Below, piece by piece: positions 1-8,341 of a stretch of 24,000 bases of DNA. Source of the stretch: Flavobacteriaceae bacterium (GTDB lineage Bacteria > Bacteroidota > Bacteroidia > Flavobacteriales > Flavobacteriaceae); the NCBI GenBank assembly GCA_028284005.1, contig JANQSO010000012.1:30177-54176 (forward strand), written 5' to 3'. Numbering within the stretch: the stretch's first letter is position 1; every line of letters starts with the position of its first letter. The translations under genes and the position numbers were made by a program. The notes below the pieces were generated by a model, which worked only from the letters and a program-made list of their open reading frames with translations, was not told where the DNA came from and ran no database searches.

Positions 1-7
1 TAATAGG

Positions 8-33
8 CCCTCACCATTTGGTGGGGGTTTTTT
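8..33 (+). terminator. Rho-independent terminator, probably for a + strand gene ending just left of the window (TAA at 1-3)
   Basis: CCCTCACC (8-15), loop ATTT, GGTGGGGG (20-27): 8 bp with one G-U pair, followed by T6 (28-33). The T-run overlaps the stop codon of convergent ORF 32-568. Confidence 0.6.
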
Positions 34-568
34 ATTTAGCTTTTAAATACACTTCTATATAGTGGGTCGTTGAAAGATATTCAGAACGTAATTCCGAAAC
101 ATATTTCAAGACGTTCTCATAGTCTTTATATTCCGGGTAAAGAGCGTCTTTGTAGTTGTCATCGGTAACAGTGATCACCAAATACCATTTTCCTAATCTT
201 GCAATTTCAACTTTCCCATCTTCTACTCCTATAGCAGCATCTATCATCATAGGCACCAAATTAATTACCCTGGTCTCTTTGTTGGCTTCATAAAAGGTTA
301 AATAGTATGTGTTCTCTCCAATAGTTACCGGGACATTTCCGGTAGCATCGTCGTAAGCAATTTGATACTTGGCATTTATATATTTATTGAATTCATTAGC
401 ATCCTTTGGGTCGTCAAAAACGTATACATATTGTCTGGGAAATTTTTTAAGGAACCGATTTGCCTTAACAACTTTTCCTTCTGCCATATTAGGTGCAATT
501 TTTATAGGAAAACAGGAAAAACAAACCAAAATAATCAAGAATAGGCTGATAGTCATTTTCATGAGCAA
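32..568 (-). CDS. Hypothetical exported protein or lipoprotein, family not recognised
   Basis: 178-aa ORF with an N-terminal hydrophobic signal (MTISLFLIILVCFSCF). Alternative Met starts at 562 and 556. No motif I can name. Confidence 0.5.
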   Translation of the reverse strand: MLMKMTISLFLIILVCFSCFPIKIAPNMAEGKVVKANRFLKKFPRQYVYVFDDPKDANEFNKYINAKYQIAYDDATGNVPVTIGENTYYLTFYEANKETRVINLVPMMIDAAIGVEDGKVEIARLGKWYLVITVTDDNYKDALYPEYKDYENVLKYVSELRSEYLSTTHYIEVYLKAK

Positions 569-587
569 AAATTTACAAGAACTATAC

Positions 588-595
588 CAAAATTA
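588..595 (-). promoter_or_regulatory. Candidate Bacteroidetes -7 box (TAATTTTG) for ORF 32-568
   Basis: The reverse complement of caaaatta matches TAnnTTTG, about 20 nt upstream of the start at 568. Confidence 0.3.
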
Positions 596-668
596 TTTGA
601 AAAGTTTCGTTTTGGAGTAGCCTAATTATAAGTTATCTTTAAAATTCAATTCTTAAAACCACAAAAAG

Positions 669-2681
669 ATGTATAAAAATAGTGTTCTTCTTCTCTTCAT
701 TGCTTTTAATTTTAGTATTAGCGCTCAAATTATAAATGATCAGGCACCTTATGTCCTTACTATTGCCGAGTTAAAGAACTGGACAGAAACCGGGACAACA
801 GCAGATCCGTTATTAATAGCTACCGAACCGCTGGCAGAACGTTTCATAAATACAGATACTCAATTTAATCCAAGCCTTCCTAATGACATGGGAATTGCAT
901 ATTTACCGGATGGTATGAATAATTTTGCAAACTATGGTGAAGAACAATCGCAATTCAATTTATATAATTTTACAAACTGGTCTTATATAGATAAACTGGT
1001 TTGGTTTGGAGGTACAGCCAGCCAGACCGTACAACTCCCTTCTGCTCCATGGACAAATGCCGCTCATAAAAACGGGGTTAAGGTGTTTGGAAATGTATTT
1101 TTTGCACCCAATGTTTTTGGAGGGTCCACGGCTACAATGTTAGACTTCCTGGAACAAGACGGAAGTGGTGACTTTATTGTGATCCCTATTATGGTAAACA
1201 TGATGCAATATTATAATTTTGACGGTTGGTTCATCAATGAAGAAACCTCCACAGATGCTTCTACAGCTCAATTAATGTATGAGTTCTTAAGAGACCTGAC
1301 TACCGCAGTGGAAGCACTTGATAAAGAAGTGATGTGGTATGATGCCATGCTCCTTTCCGGTTCTGTAGGTTGGCAAAACAGGTTGAATGCAGGTAATAGT
1401 GTCTTTGTTCAAAATGATGAAGACGGGAATTCTGGAAATGGTTTTGAACAGCGTGTAAGCAGCAATATCTTTATTAATTTCTTTTGGAGCAACAGTGCCT
1501 TTCCAAGTTCATCAAGAGACAGGGCCAATACAATAGGGCGATCTGCATTTGAAGTCTTTACCGGGGTAGATGTCTGGCCAGGAAGAAATCAGGCTCCATT
1601 CCAGACCGGTGGTAATAACTGGATGGGATTATTGCATGAAAATGCAACTACTCCATATACTTCTTTAGGGCTCTTTGCACCAAACTGTATCTACAATAAC
1701 TCCTTATACAGTAATTTTAACAATGATCCTTCAGACTACGTAGATTTTTACAGTGAAGAAAGACATATGTTTGCGGGGGCAGACCGAAATCCCCGATTGG
1801 AAGATGCCACAGGATTTAAAGGCTATGCCAATTGGATTCCGGCAGCATCAACCATTACGGGAATTCCGTTTGAAACCAATTTCAATACCGGCCACGGATT
1901 AAAAAAGTTTACAGATGGTGTGGAAACAAGCCCGGCGCCCTGGCACAATATGGACGATCAGGATATCCTGCCTAACTGGCAATTTGCTTTTTCAGAAAAC
2001 AACACCGTATCTGCTTCCTGGGATTTTGATGATGCATACAATGGAGGTAGTTCTTTAAAGATAGAAGGAACGCTTAATACAGGAGAAAATAATGACCTTC
2101 TCTTGTACAAAACAAAATTGTTACTGACCGCAGATTCTAAAATAGATATCGTTTTTAATTACAGTCAAATTGATAACACACGGTTAAGGATACTGTTGAC
2201 TTTTGCAGATAATCCTACTGAAACCGTTCAGTATTGGATCAATCCGGGAGCAGCTCCGGGTTGGTTTGGGAGAAGTATCATTTTACAGGAGCATGCCGGT
2301 AGAGAACTGGCTACTATAGGATTACGATTTGCCTCTGCCGAAACTATAAACAACTACAAAATTAATATCGGTAACCTTAAGGTCCATAACGGCATAGGCC
2401 TTGGAGTTGAAGACAACGTTCTGGCTAATAATGCTGTTGTAGTAACTTATCCTTCAGGGAAACCTGATCTCATTAACCTGCATATAGACCGAAACTATCT
2501 TTCCGGAGTTTTGGATTATGAGCTTTACAGTATTGATGGCAAATTAGTAACCCGCAATAAAATTGGAAGTAGCAAAAAAACCCATGCATTGCAAACCGGT
2601 TCTTTTTCAAAAGGGATTTATTTGCTCACCATAAAGGATAGTGGTTCTTTTTCTAAAACTGTTAAGATTAGGGTGAAGTGA
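669..2681 (+). CDS. Secreted GH85-family endo-beta-N-acetylglucosaminidase with a T9SS C-terminal sorting domain
   Basis: 670 aa. Signal peptide MYKNSVLLLFIAFNFSISAQ. GH85-type catalytic motif FDGWFINEE (N190 at 1236-1238, E192 at 1242-1244) preceded by WSYIDKLVWFGG. C-terminal ~80 aa (YELYSIDGKLV...GIYLLTIKD...KTVKIRVK) looks like a Por/T9SS type A CTD. Confidence 0.7.
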   Translation: MYKNSVLLLFIAFNFSISAQIINDQAPYVLTIAELKNWTETGTTADPLLIATEPLAERFINTDTQFNPSLPNDMGIAYLPDGMNNFANYGEEQSQFNLYNFTNWSYIDKLVWFGGTASQTVQLPSAPWTNAAHKNGVKVFGNVFFAPNVFGGSTATMLDFLEQDGSGDFIVIPIMVNMMQYYNFDGWFINEETSTDASTAQLMYEFLRDLTTAVEALDKEVMWYDAMLLSGSVGWQNRLNAGNSVFVQNDEDGNSGNGFEQRVSSNIFINFFWSNSAFPSSSRDRANTIGRSAFEVFTGVDVWPGRNQAPFQTGGNNWMGLLHENATTPYTSLGLFAPNCIYNNSLYSNFNNDPSDYVDFYSEERHMFAGADRNPRLEDATGFKGYANWIPAASTITGIPFETNFNTGHGLKKFTDGVETSPAPWHNMDDQDILPNWQFAFSENNTVSASWDFDDAYNGGSSLKIEGTLNTGENNDLLLYKTKLLLTADSKIDIVFNYSQIDNTRLRILLTFADNPTETVQYWINPGAAPGWFGRSIILQEHAGRELATIGLRFASAETINNYKINIGNLKVHNGIGLGVEDNVLANNAVVVTYPSGKPDLINLHIDRNYLSGVLDYELYSIDGKLVTRNKIGSSKKTHALQTGSFSKGIYLLTIKDSGSFSKTVKIRVK

Positions 2682-2691
2682 TTTGGATTAG

Positions 2692-2725
2692 AAAAAAGGC
2701 CCAACTTTTCAGTTGAGCCTTTTTT
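2692..2725. terminator. Bidirectional intrinsic terminator between convergent genes
   Basis: A6, GGCCCAACT (2698-2706), loop TTTC, AGTTGAGCC (2711-2719, one mismatch), T6. The flanking A- and T-runs allow function on both strands. Confidence 0.7.
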
Positions 2726-2743
2726 GATTTTTGTACCGCGGTA

Positions 2744-3355
2744 TTAATTTCCAACAGCTGTCATGCAATCTTTGTAATTGTAGATCTCGTTGTTAATTTT
2801 TGCAAGCCCCTCTTCACGAGGTGTTGCAGGGTCCAGTTTGATCTTCTCACCGTTTGGTAAATGATAAACGATCAATCCTTCTTCAATAGAAGATAATTTA
2901 ATAAGTTCTCCGTTTTGCTTTACAGCATTCCAGGATCTTTCAGAAGGTTTATATACCAGGTCCACACGTTCTCCTTTCCTGTCACCATCCAATATCACGA
3001 TCTCAAATCTGTTTTTAGAAGCAGTCATTTCAAGTTGTGTACCATTATGTTCTACTATTTGTGTTTCATACTCTCCATCGGCCATTGCAATGGGATTGCT
3101 CCCGCTCCAAAACTCTATCACATTAAATATTAAGACATCCCCTACAAAAAACAATCCATAAACGGGTATGATATTTAAACCCCAAAATACTAGGTTGTTT
3201 ACAAATTTACTATCGCTTATTTCATGGTTCCAGTCCTTTAAATTGTTAAAGGCACTGAATGAACCCAAACAGCTTGAAAATAAAAGGGAGGCAGATAAAG
3301 TACTACAAATAACAAGTTTTCTCATAATTATACTATGTTTAAGATTAGATTTCAA
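2744..3355 (-). CDS. DUF3332-like lipoprotein
   Basis: 203-aa ORF. The likely true start is Met11 at 3325 (MRKLVICSTLSASLLFSSC, lipobox Cys). The N-terminal part (GSFSAFNNLKDWN...NIIPVYG...DVLIFNVIEFW) resembles the Bacteroidetes DUF3332 family as I recall it. Confidence 0.5.
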   Translation of the reverse strand: MKSNLKHSIIMRKLVICSTLSASLLFSSCLGSFSAFNNLKDWNHEISDSKFVNNLVFWGLNIIPVYGLFFVGDVLIFNVIEFWSGSNPIAMADGEYETQIVEHNGTQLEMTASKNRFEIVILDGDRKGERVDLVYKPSERSWNAVKQNGELIKLSSIEEGLIVYHLPNGEKIKLDPATPREEGLAKINNEIYNYKDCMTAVGN

Positions 3356-3405
3356 ATTAAGATAAAATATTCAAATAAACCTTCTTCCGGAAAATTAATC
3401 ATAAC

Positions 3406-3439
3406 AAAAAAACCCTCAACATTAATGTTGAGGGTTTTT
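3406..3439 (-). terminator. Intrinsic terminator after rpmA (bidirectional shape)
   Basis: A7, CCCTCAAC (3413-3420), loop ATTAAT, GTTGAGGG (3427-3434), T5. On the minus strand the hairpin is followed by T7. Confidence 0.75.
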
Positions 3440-3460
3440 AATTCTATAAAAGAAAAGTTC

Positions 3461-3724
3461 TTAAGCTTCTGCGTTTGGAATAATAGAAACGTAAGATTTG
3501 TTGTCTTTCTTTTTAGTGAATTTTACAGTCCCATCCACCTTAGCGTGTAATGTATGGTCTTTACCGGCATACACATTCTCACCTGGATTGTGCTGTGTAC
3601 CTCTTTGTCTTACGATGATATTTCCTGCAACGGCAGCCTGACCACCAAATATCTTAACACCTAAGCGTTTCGATTCTGATTCGCGACCGTTCTTAGAACT
3701 ACCAACTCCTTTTTTGTGAGCCAT
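3461..3724 (-). CDS. rpmA: 50S ribosomal protein L27
   Basis: [29 protein letters not shown]... is the canonical L27 N-terminus. 87 aa, 20 nt downstream of rplU. Confidence 0.95.
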   Translation of the reverse strand: MAHKKGVGSSKNGRESESKRLGVKIFGGQAAVAGNIIVRQRGTQHNPGENVYAGKDHTLHAKVDGTVKFTKKKDNKSYVSIIPNAEA

Positions 3725-3744
3725 TTTCTTTCGGTTTTATATTA

Positions 3745-4341
3745 TTATTTACTTAATGCAGCAATTAAATCGGCTTTCTTCATAGAAGAGATACCGCTAA
3801 TTCCTTTTGCTTTTGCCAATTCTTTTAATTGAGCAACTGTCATTTTGCTCAAATCTTCTGCCGGAGCAGCTTTCTTTTCGGCTTTTGCTTTAGGTGCAGC
3901 AGCTTTGGTTTCCTTTTTTGGAGCAGCTTTCTCAGCTTTTGCCGGAGTTGCCTTTCCTTTGGCCTTTGTAGCTTTAGCAGAAGCTGGTTTTGCTCCTTCC
4001 TTTTTAGCTTTGGCCGCTGGTTTCGCGCCCGAAGCTACAATGCTTTCAATAACAATTTCAGAAAGAGACTGTCTGTGACCGTTTTTAACACGGTATCCTT
4101 TTCTACGTTTCTTTTTGAAAACAATGACTTTATCACCTTTAAAGTGCTTTACGACTTTTGCTCCTATTTGAGCGCCGTTTATAGCCGGGGCGCCAACAGT
4201 TACTTTGTCTCCGTCACCAATAAGAAGTACGTTGTCAAAAGACACTTTTTTACCTTCTTCTACCGGCAAACGATTGACAAAGACTTTTTGGTCTTTCGCA
4301 ACTTTCATTTGCTGCCCTGCTATCTCTACAATTGCGTACAT
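3745..4341 (-). CDS. rplU: 50S ribosomal protein L21 with a ~95-aa C-terminal extension (Lys/Ala-rich tail plus Rho_N/SAP-like module)
   Basis: MYAIVEIAGQQMKV...FKKKRRKGYRVKNGHRQ is the canonical L21 core (~aa 1-105). aa 106-162 are a KA/P low-complexity tract. aa 163-198 are LSKMTVAQLKELAKAKGISGISSMKKADLIAALSK. Confidence 0.9.
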   Translation of the reverse strand: MYAIVEIAGQQMKVAKDQKVFVNRLPVEEGKKVSFDNVLLIGDGDKVTVGAPAINGAQIGAKVVKHFKGDKVIVFKKKRRKGYRVKNGHRQSLSEIVIESIVASGAKPAAKAKKEGAKPASAKATKAKGKATPAKAEKAAPKKETKAAAPKAKAEKKAAPAEDLSKMTVAQLKELAKAKGISGISSMKKADLIAALSK

Positions 4342-4403
4342 AGCGTAATCGTTTATTATAATTAGTTATACAAATACTTCTATCCCTACGATAAAAGCGG
4401 GTG

Positions 4404-4411
4404 CAAATATA
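4404..4411 (-). promoter_or_regulatory. Candidate -7 box (TATATTTG) for the rplU-rpmA operon
   Basis: The reverse complement of caaatata matches TAnnTTTG, 62 nt upstream of the rplU ATG. Confidence 0.4.
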
Positions 4412-4463
4412 ATTCTAATTAATTAAACCGCAAACAGTTTCTGCGAAATTAAAGGGCTAATAC

Positions 4464-4901
4464 CTAAGAATTTTGATTCCAGGATTCTTTGAGCAATTGC
4501 ATAAAGGCCAATGTAAGGACCACTGTAGTGGAAAAGCCCATCATTACTAAAGAAATAATCACAATAAGCCCTCCTTTATTATAGTTTAATCCCCAGGAAT
4601 CCAATATAGCATTTGCAAATTGTTTATCTATCTGAAAAATATAGACCGCCATGAACACTGCAAATAATATTGTAGCCACACCTCCTGTAAAAAGCCCTAT
4701 TTGAAACCCTTTTTGATATTTGAAACTCGATATTTCCGATTTGTATTTCTTTATTGCCATTAAAATTCCAGCGCCAAAAATTACCCCGTTAGCAGCACTT
4801 AGCACAGGGTATTGATGCAATCCTAATAATTTTGTAATTAAGAAATAAGCGATCAAAAAAACTGCTATTACAATTCCATATTTTAGATAATACTTTCCCA
4901 T
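4464..4901 (-). CDS. Small polytopic inner-membrane protein (DUF4199-like)
   Basis: 145 aa with about four hydrophobic helices. The N-terminus MGKYYLKYGIVIAVFLIAYFL resembles DUF4199 proteins of Bacteroidetes (recollection only). Confidence 0.45.
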   Translation of the reverse strand: MGKYYLKYGIVIAVFLIAYFLITKLLGLHQYPVLSAANGVIFGAGILMAIKKYKSEISSFKYQKGFQIGLFTGGVATILFAVFMAVYIFQIDKQFANAILDSWGLNYNKGGLIVIISLVMMGFSTTVVLTLAFMQLLKESWNQNS

Positions 4902-4981
4902 AACTCAAAATATTGGTGTTCTATAAATTTCGGAAAAAAATTCAGAAATACCTGATAATTAAAGCTTTATTATCCTTTCTG

Positions 4982-5851
4982 CTATTTTTTGTTGGCCAAA
5001 TACACCCCAAATAATATGATGGCAGCTGCGAATGCCTGAAGGAAACCAAATGATTCCCCATCTATTAATCCCCATACAACAGCTACTATTGGCATGGTAT
5101 ACGTCACCGAAGATGCAAAAACGGGGCTTGCAATTTGAACCAGTTTATTGAATATCACTTTTGCGATCGCAGTACCAAACAATGATAGAATGGCAACATA
5201 ACCAAAAGATACCTGCATTTCCCTGGAATCTAAAATAGCCTCAAAAAAACCTGTTAGGTATAAAATCACCAAAGCAGGTAGAAAAAGAAATATAAAATTC
5301 CCCGTGGTCACAGCCAAAGCGCTAATGTCATTTAAATACTTCTTAATTATGTTTACATTGAATGCATAACCTATTGTTGCTAAAATAATAAGAGAACTAT
5401 ACCAATAATCCTGACCAGGATTTAGATCTGCTCCCGCCAATATTAACAATACGGTTCCAACAAGACCCACTATAACACCCAGGATCTGTAATCTGGAACT
5501 AAGTATCTTAAACAATAATATTCCTACGGCAACAGTTGCCAAAGGGGTTAAAGAATTTAATATTGAAGCAATGGCACTGTCTATATGATTTTGGGCCATC
5601 GCAAATAAGAAAGGTGGAAAAAAGGAACTTACAAGCCCCGAAATGATAACCCATTTCCAATGTCGTTTCTTTACCTGTTTTAAACTCTTAAAACCAACGC
5701 TAAACAGAAAAAGAGATGTTAGAACAATGCGGAGCGCCCCTACCTGGTAATCTGTTAAACCAACCAGGCTTTTCTTAATAAGGATAAAAGAACTACCCCA
5801 AATAAGAGAAAGTATAAGAAGATATATCCATTTAAGATTGGTGGTTTTCAT
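4982..5851 (-). CDS. EamA/DMT-superfamily transporter
   Basis: 289 aa, about 10 TM helices, with a duplicated EamA-like pattern (LILSLIWGSSFILIKKSL near the N-terminus, second half similar). Confidence 0.75.
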   Translation of the reverse strand: MKTTNLKWIYLLILSLIWGSSFILIKKSLVGLTDYQVGALRIVLTSLFLFSVGFKSLKQVKKRHWKWVIISGLVSSFFPPFLFAMAQNHIDSAIASILNSLTPLATVAVGILLFKILSSRLQILGVIVGLVGTVLLILAGADLNPGQDYWYSSLIILATIGYAFNVNIIKKYLNDISALAVTTGNFIFLFLPALVILYLTGFFEAILDSREMQVSFGYVAILSLFGTAIAKVIFNKLVQIASPVFASSVTYTMPIVAVVWGLIDGESFGFLQAFAAAIILFGVYLANKK

Positions 5852-5907
5852 TTTTTGTTTTAAAAAAACAAAAGTCTGAAAATTACGATTAAGTATATGC
5901 TAAAAAA

Positions 5908-6465
5908 CTAATTCTTTTGCCAGGAAATAGTTTCCATGATACGGCGAATATCATTTCGGAGGTAAACTACTGCAGGATAAACAGAATCGAAGTTGGGTTT
6001 AGACTCAAAATAAAGTGACCCGGTTACAAAATGATTGATACTATCTGTTACATAAAACTGAGATTGAGTTGCGGCGTCCCCATTGATCATATAAAACATT
6101 CCATATACCTTGTTGATGGAATCTACACGAGGTTGTTCAAAAATGGCCTCTGCTTTAATAGTATGATCATATGTGAGTTTTTGAGCATCATATAGCAAAG
6201 AATCAAGATTATCATTTTCGATCTCCCTATATGTTAAATAGACGGTTGCTTTCATAGCGGGGTATTCCAAATTCATCCAGCAATTTTTCTTTTTCTGAAG
6301 AACAGCTTGCTGATTTTTTTCGAACACATACGGACAATTGGCCCCGGTTTCTTTATACGTAGCTATAGGATACTCCAACCGAAGCATTGCACTAGGCTTT
6401 ATCACTATGTCATCATCGCAAGAAACCACAAAACCCATAAAAAACAATAAAAAGAAGATCCGCAT
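5908..6465 (-). CDS. gldD: Gliding-motility lipoprotein GldD (start moved to the internal Met)
   Basis: Lies immediately downstream of gldE, as in Flavobacterium johnsoniae. MRIFFLLFFMGFVVSC lipoprotein signal, then KPSAMLRLEYPIATY. The tracked ORF start at 6534 would overlap gldE by 68 nt. The ATG at 6465-6463 sits 1 nt after the gldE TAG (6469-6467). Confidence 0.7.
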   Translation of the reverse strand: MRIFFLLFFMGFVVSCDDDIVIKPSAMLRLEYPIATYKETGANCPYVFEKNQQAVLQKKKNCWMNLEYPAMKATVYLTYREIENDNLDSLLYDAQKLTYDHTIKAEAIFEQPRVDSINKVYGMFYMINGDAATQSQFYVTDSINHFVTGSLYFESKPNFDSVYPAVVYLRNDIRRIMETISWQKN

Positions 6466-6466
6466 A

Positions 6467-7798
6467 CTAGATATCAATGGAAAGTTTAATTTGTTTAATG
6501 CGTTTATTCTCAAACGCTTCAATGGTAAACGCATAATTATAGAAGGTTATTATTTCATTTTTCTTTGGAAATCCTTTAGAAACTTCCAAAAGGAAGCCGG
6601 CAAGTGTTTCTGCTTCTCCTTTCTCATTCTCAAATATTTCCGGGTCTTCCAGTTGTATTACTTTATAAAAATCCTTCAAAGGAGTTTTACCTTCAAATAC
6701 AAAAGTGTTTTCATCTAATTTTGAGAATATAAGGTCATCATCGTCAAATTCATCACTAATCTCTCCAACGATTTCTTCAATAATATCTTCCAAAGAAATA
6801 AGTCCACTAGTACCACCATATTCATCAACAACAATTGCCAAATGCATCTTCATATCTTTAAATTCATTTAGCAAATCATCTAATTTTTTGTTTTCAGGAA
6901 CAAAGTATGCTTCTCGTTTCAAAGAGATCCAATCTAAGTTCTTCCGGTCTATAAAAGGAATCAGGTCCTTTACATATAAAACTCCCGTGATGGTATCTAT
7001 ACTATCTTTATAAACCGGTATACGTGAATACCCATGAGAAATAATTTCCGGAATGATGTCTTTAAAAGCTGTTTCTTCATTCAACGCAAACACTTCCATA
7101 CGGGGTTTCATTACTTGTTTAGTATCCGTATTTCCAAAGGTGACAATTCCTTTTAGGATCTTCTGTTCTTCGCGAGTTGTGTCTTCTTCACTGGTGAGTT
7201 CCAAAGCTTGTGATAATTGGTCCACACTCAAATTGGATTTTTGTTTCCCAAACTTCTCCTGAAGATAAATTGTTGCAGAACGCATAGGCAGGCTTAAAGG
7301 AGCAAATAACTTATCCAGAAAGTTTAACGGATATGCCATAAATGATGCAAATGAAACCCTGTTCCTGCTGGCATACACTTTTGGAAGAATTTCTCCGAAT
7401 AGTAAAATAAGAAATGTTGCCACACCTATTTTCAGTAAAAAAACCGAATCAATTTCAAAGAAAAAAAGATCAAGCCTGTAGTTCCACCCTTCAAACCAAA
7501 CAGAGCTTAAAGATTCAAATAATAAGACAATGGCAATATTGATAGTATTATTGGCCACTAAAATAGTAGCCAATAACTTTTTGGGTTTTGATAGAAGTCT
7601 TTGGGCAATTGCAAGCCTTTTCGAAGGAGACTTTCCTTCATTTACCTCAAAATCGGCAGGAGTAAGTGAAAAGAAAGCAACCTCTGCGCCGGAAATTAAT
7701 GCAGAACACAAAAGCAGTACAAGCAATAGAATAATACCTGTTATATGTGTGAAGTCAATTAATGCAATTAATAATAAACTGGGAGGCTCTATATCCAA
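6467..7798 (-). CDS. gldE: Gliding-motility protein GldE (DUF21/CNNM TM domain, CBS pair, CorC_HlyC domain)
   Basis: 443 aa. N-terminal multi-TM DUF21 region, central CBS-pair region (VMKPRMEVFAL...YSRIPVY...), C-terminal CorC/HlyC-like region. The ssb-gldE-gldD order matches the described F. johnsoniae locus. Confidence 0.8.
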   Translation of the reverse strand: MDIEPPSLLLIALIDFTHITGIILLLVLLLCSALISGAEVAFFSLTPADFEVNEGKSPSKRLAIAQRLLSKPKKLLATILVANNTINIAIVLLFESLSSVWFEGWNYRLDLFFFEIDSVFLLKIGVATFLILLFGEILPKVYASRNRVSFASFMAYPLNFLDKLFAPLSLPMRSATIYLQEKFGKQKSNLSVDQLSQALELTSEEDTTREEQKILKGIVTFGNTDTKQVMKPRMEVFALNEETAFKDIIPEIISHGYSRIPVYKDSIDTITGVLYVKDLIPFIDRKNLDWISLKREAYFVPENKKLDDLLNEFKDMKMHLAIVVDEYGGTSGLISLEDIIEEIVGEISDEFDDDDLIFSKLDENTFVFEGKTPLKDFYKVIQLEDPEIFENEKGEAETLAGFLLEVSKGFPKKNEIITFYNYAFTIEAFENKRIKQIKLSIDI

Positions 7799-7819
7799 TG
7801 TGTTGATATTGATTAAACA

Positions 7820-8281
7820 TTAAAACGGTAAATCGTCATCCTCCTCTCCAATGGTTTCCTGAACCTGAGGATTTTGCGGTTCCGTTTTAGTAGTTTCGGG
7901 AGTCGTAGTATCCGCATTTGTTTGTGGCACGGCTCCACTCTCACCTTTTGGCGTTAAAAATGTAAAGTCGGTGCATTGTATTTCCGTACTATAGCGGTCG
8001 TTCCCTTGCTCATCTTGCCATTTGCGTGTTTTCAACCTTCCCTCTATATAAATCTTATCTCCTTTTTTCAGGTACTTTTCACAAATCTCTGCAGCTTTGT
8101 TTCGCACAACGATATTGTGCCATTCCGTATTCGTTACACGTTCTCCTGTGGTTCGGTTTGTATAGGACTCATTTGTTGCCAGCGGGAACCTTCCTATACT
8201 TCCTCCACCATCAAAATAGTGCATTTTCACTTCATCACCGGTATGCCCAATTAGCATTACTTTGTTTAATGTCCCGCTCAT
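7820..8281 (-). CDS. ssb: Single-stranded DNA-binding protein
   Basis: OB-fold N-terminus (LNKVMLIGHTGDEVKMHY...TEWHNIVV...), a disordered tail, and the acidic C-terminal tip DDDLPF. Confidence 0.95.
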   Translation of the reverse strand: MSGTLNKVMLIGHTGDEVKMHYFDGGGSIGRFPLATNESYTNRTTGERVTNTEWHNIVVRNKAAEICEKYLKKGDKIYIEGRLKTRKWQDEQGNDRYSTEIQCTDFTFLTPKGESGAVPQTNADTTTPETTKTEPQNPQVQETIGEEDDDLPF

Positions 8282-8304
8282 AATCTTTAAATTGAATTAA
8301 TATA

Positions 8305-8312
8305 CAAAGGTA
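8305..8312 (-). promoter_or_regulatory. Candidate -7 box (TACCTTTG) for ssb-gldE-gldD
   Basis: The reverse complement of caaaggta matches TAnnTTTG, 23 nt upstream of the ssb ATG. Confidence 0.35.
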
Positions 8313-8341
8313 AATTTTGTGTTTTAAATATAGGTATTTTT

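Noticed and set aside
3829-4365. Long plus-strand ORFs (178 aa and 77 aa) antisense to rplU
   Set aside because: They are shadow ORFs created by the Lys/Ala-rich GCN/AAR repeat codons of the L21 tail. The translations are Phe/Ser/Leu/Cys low-complexity with no start context. The rplU frame is unambiguous.
6466-6534. N-terminal 23-aa extension of the gldD ORF overlapping gldE
   Set aside because: The extension (MRLPLKRLRINALNKLNFPLISS) precedes a perfect lipoprotein signal starting at the internal Met. The overlap with the gldE coding end makes the longer model unlikely.
6338-7823. Several 60-126-aa plus-strand ORFs inside gldD/gldE, and similar antisense ORFs inside bioB, KAS, bioA, bioD, bioF, rng and mutY
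   Set aside because: All lie fully within, and antisense or out of frame to, strongly supported conserved genes. Their translations are low-complexity with no recognisable motifs.
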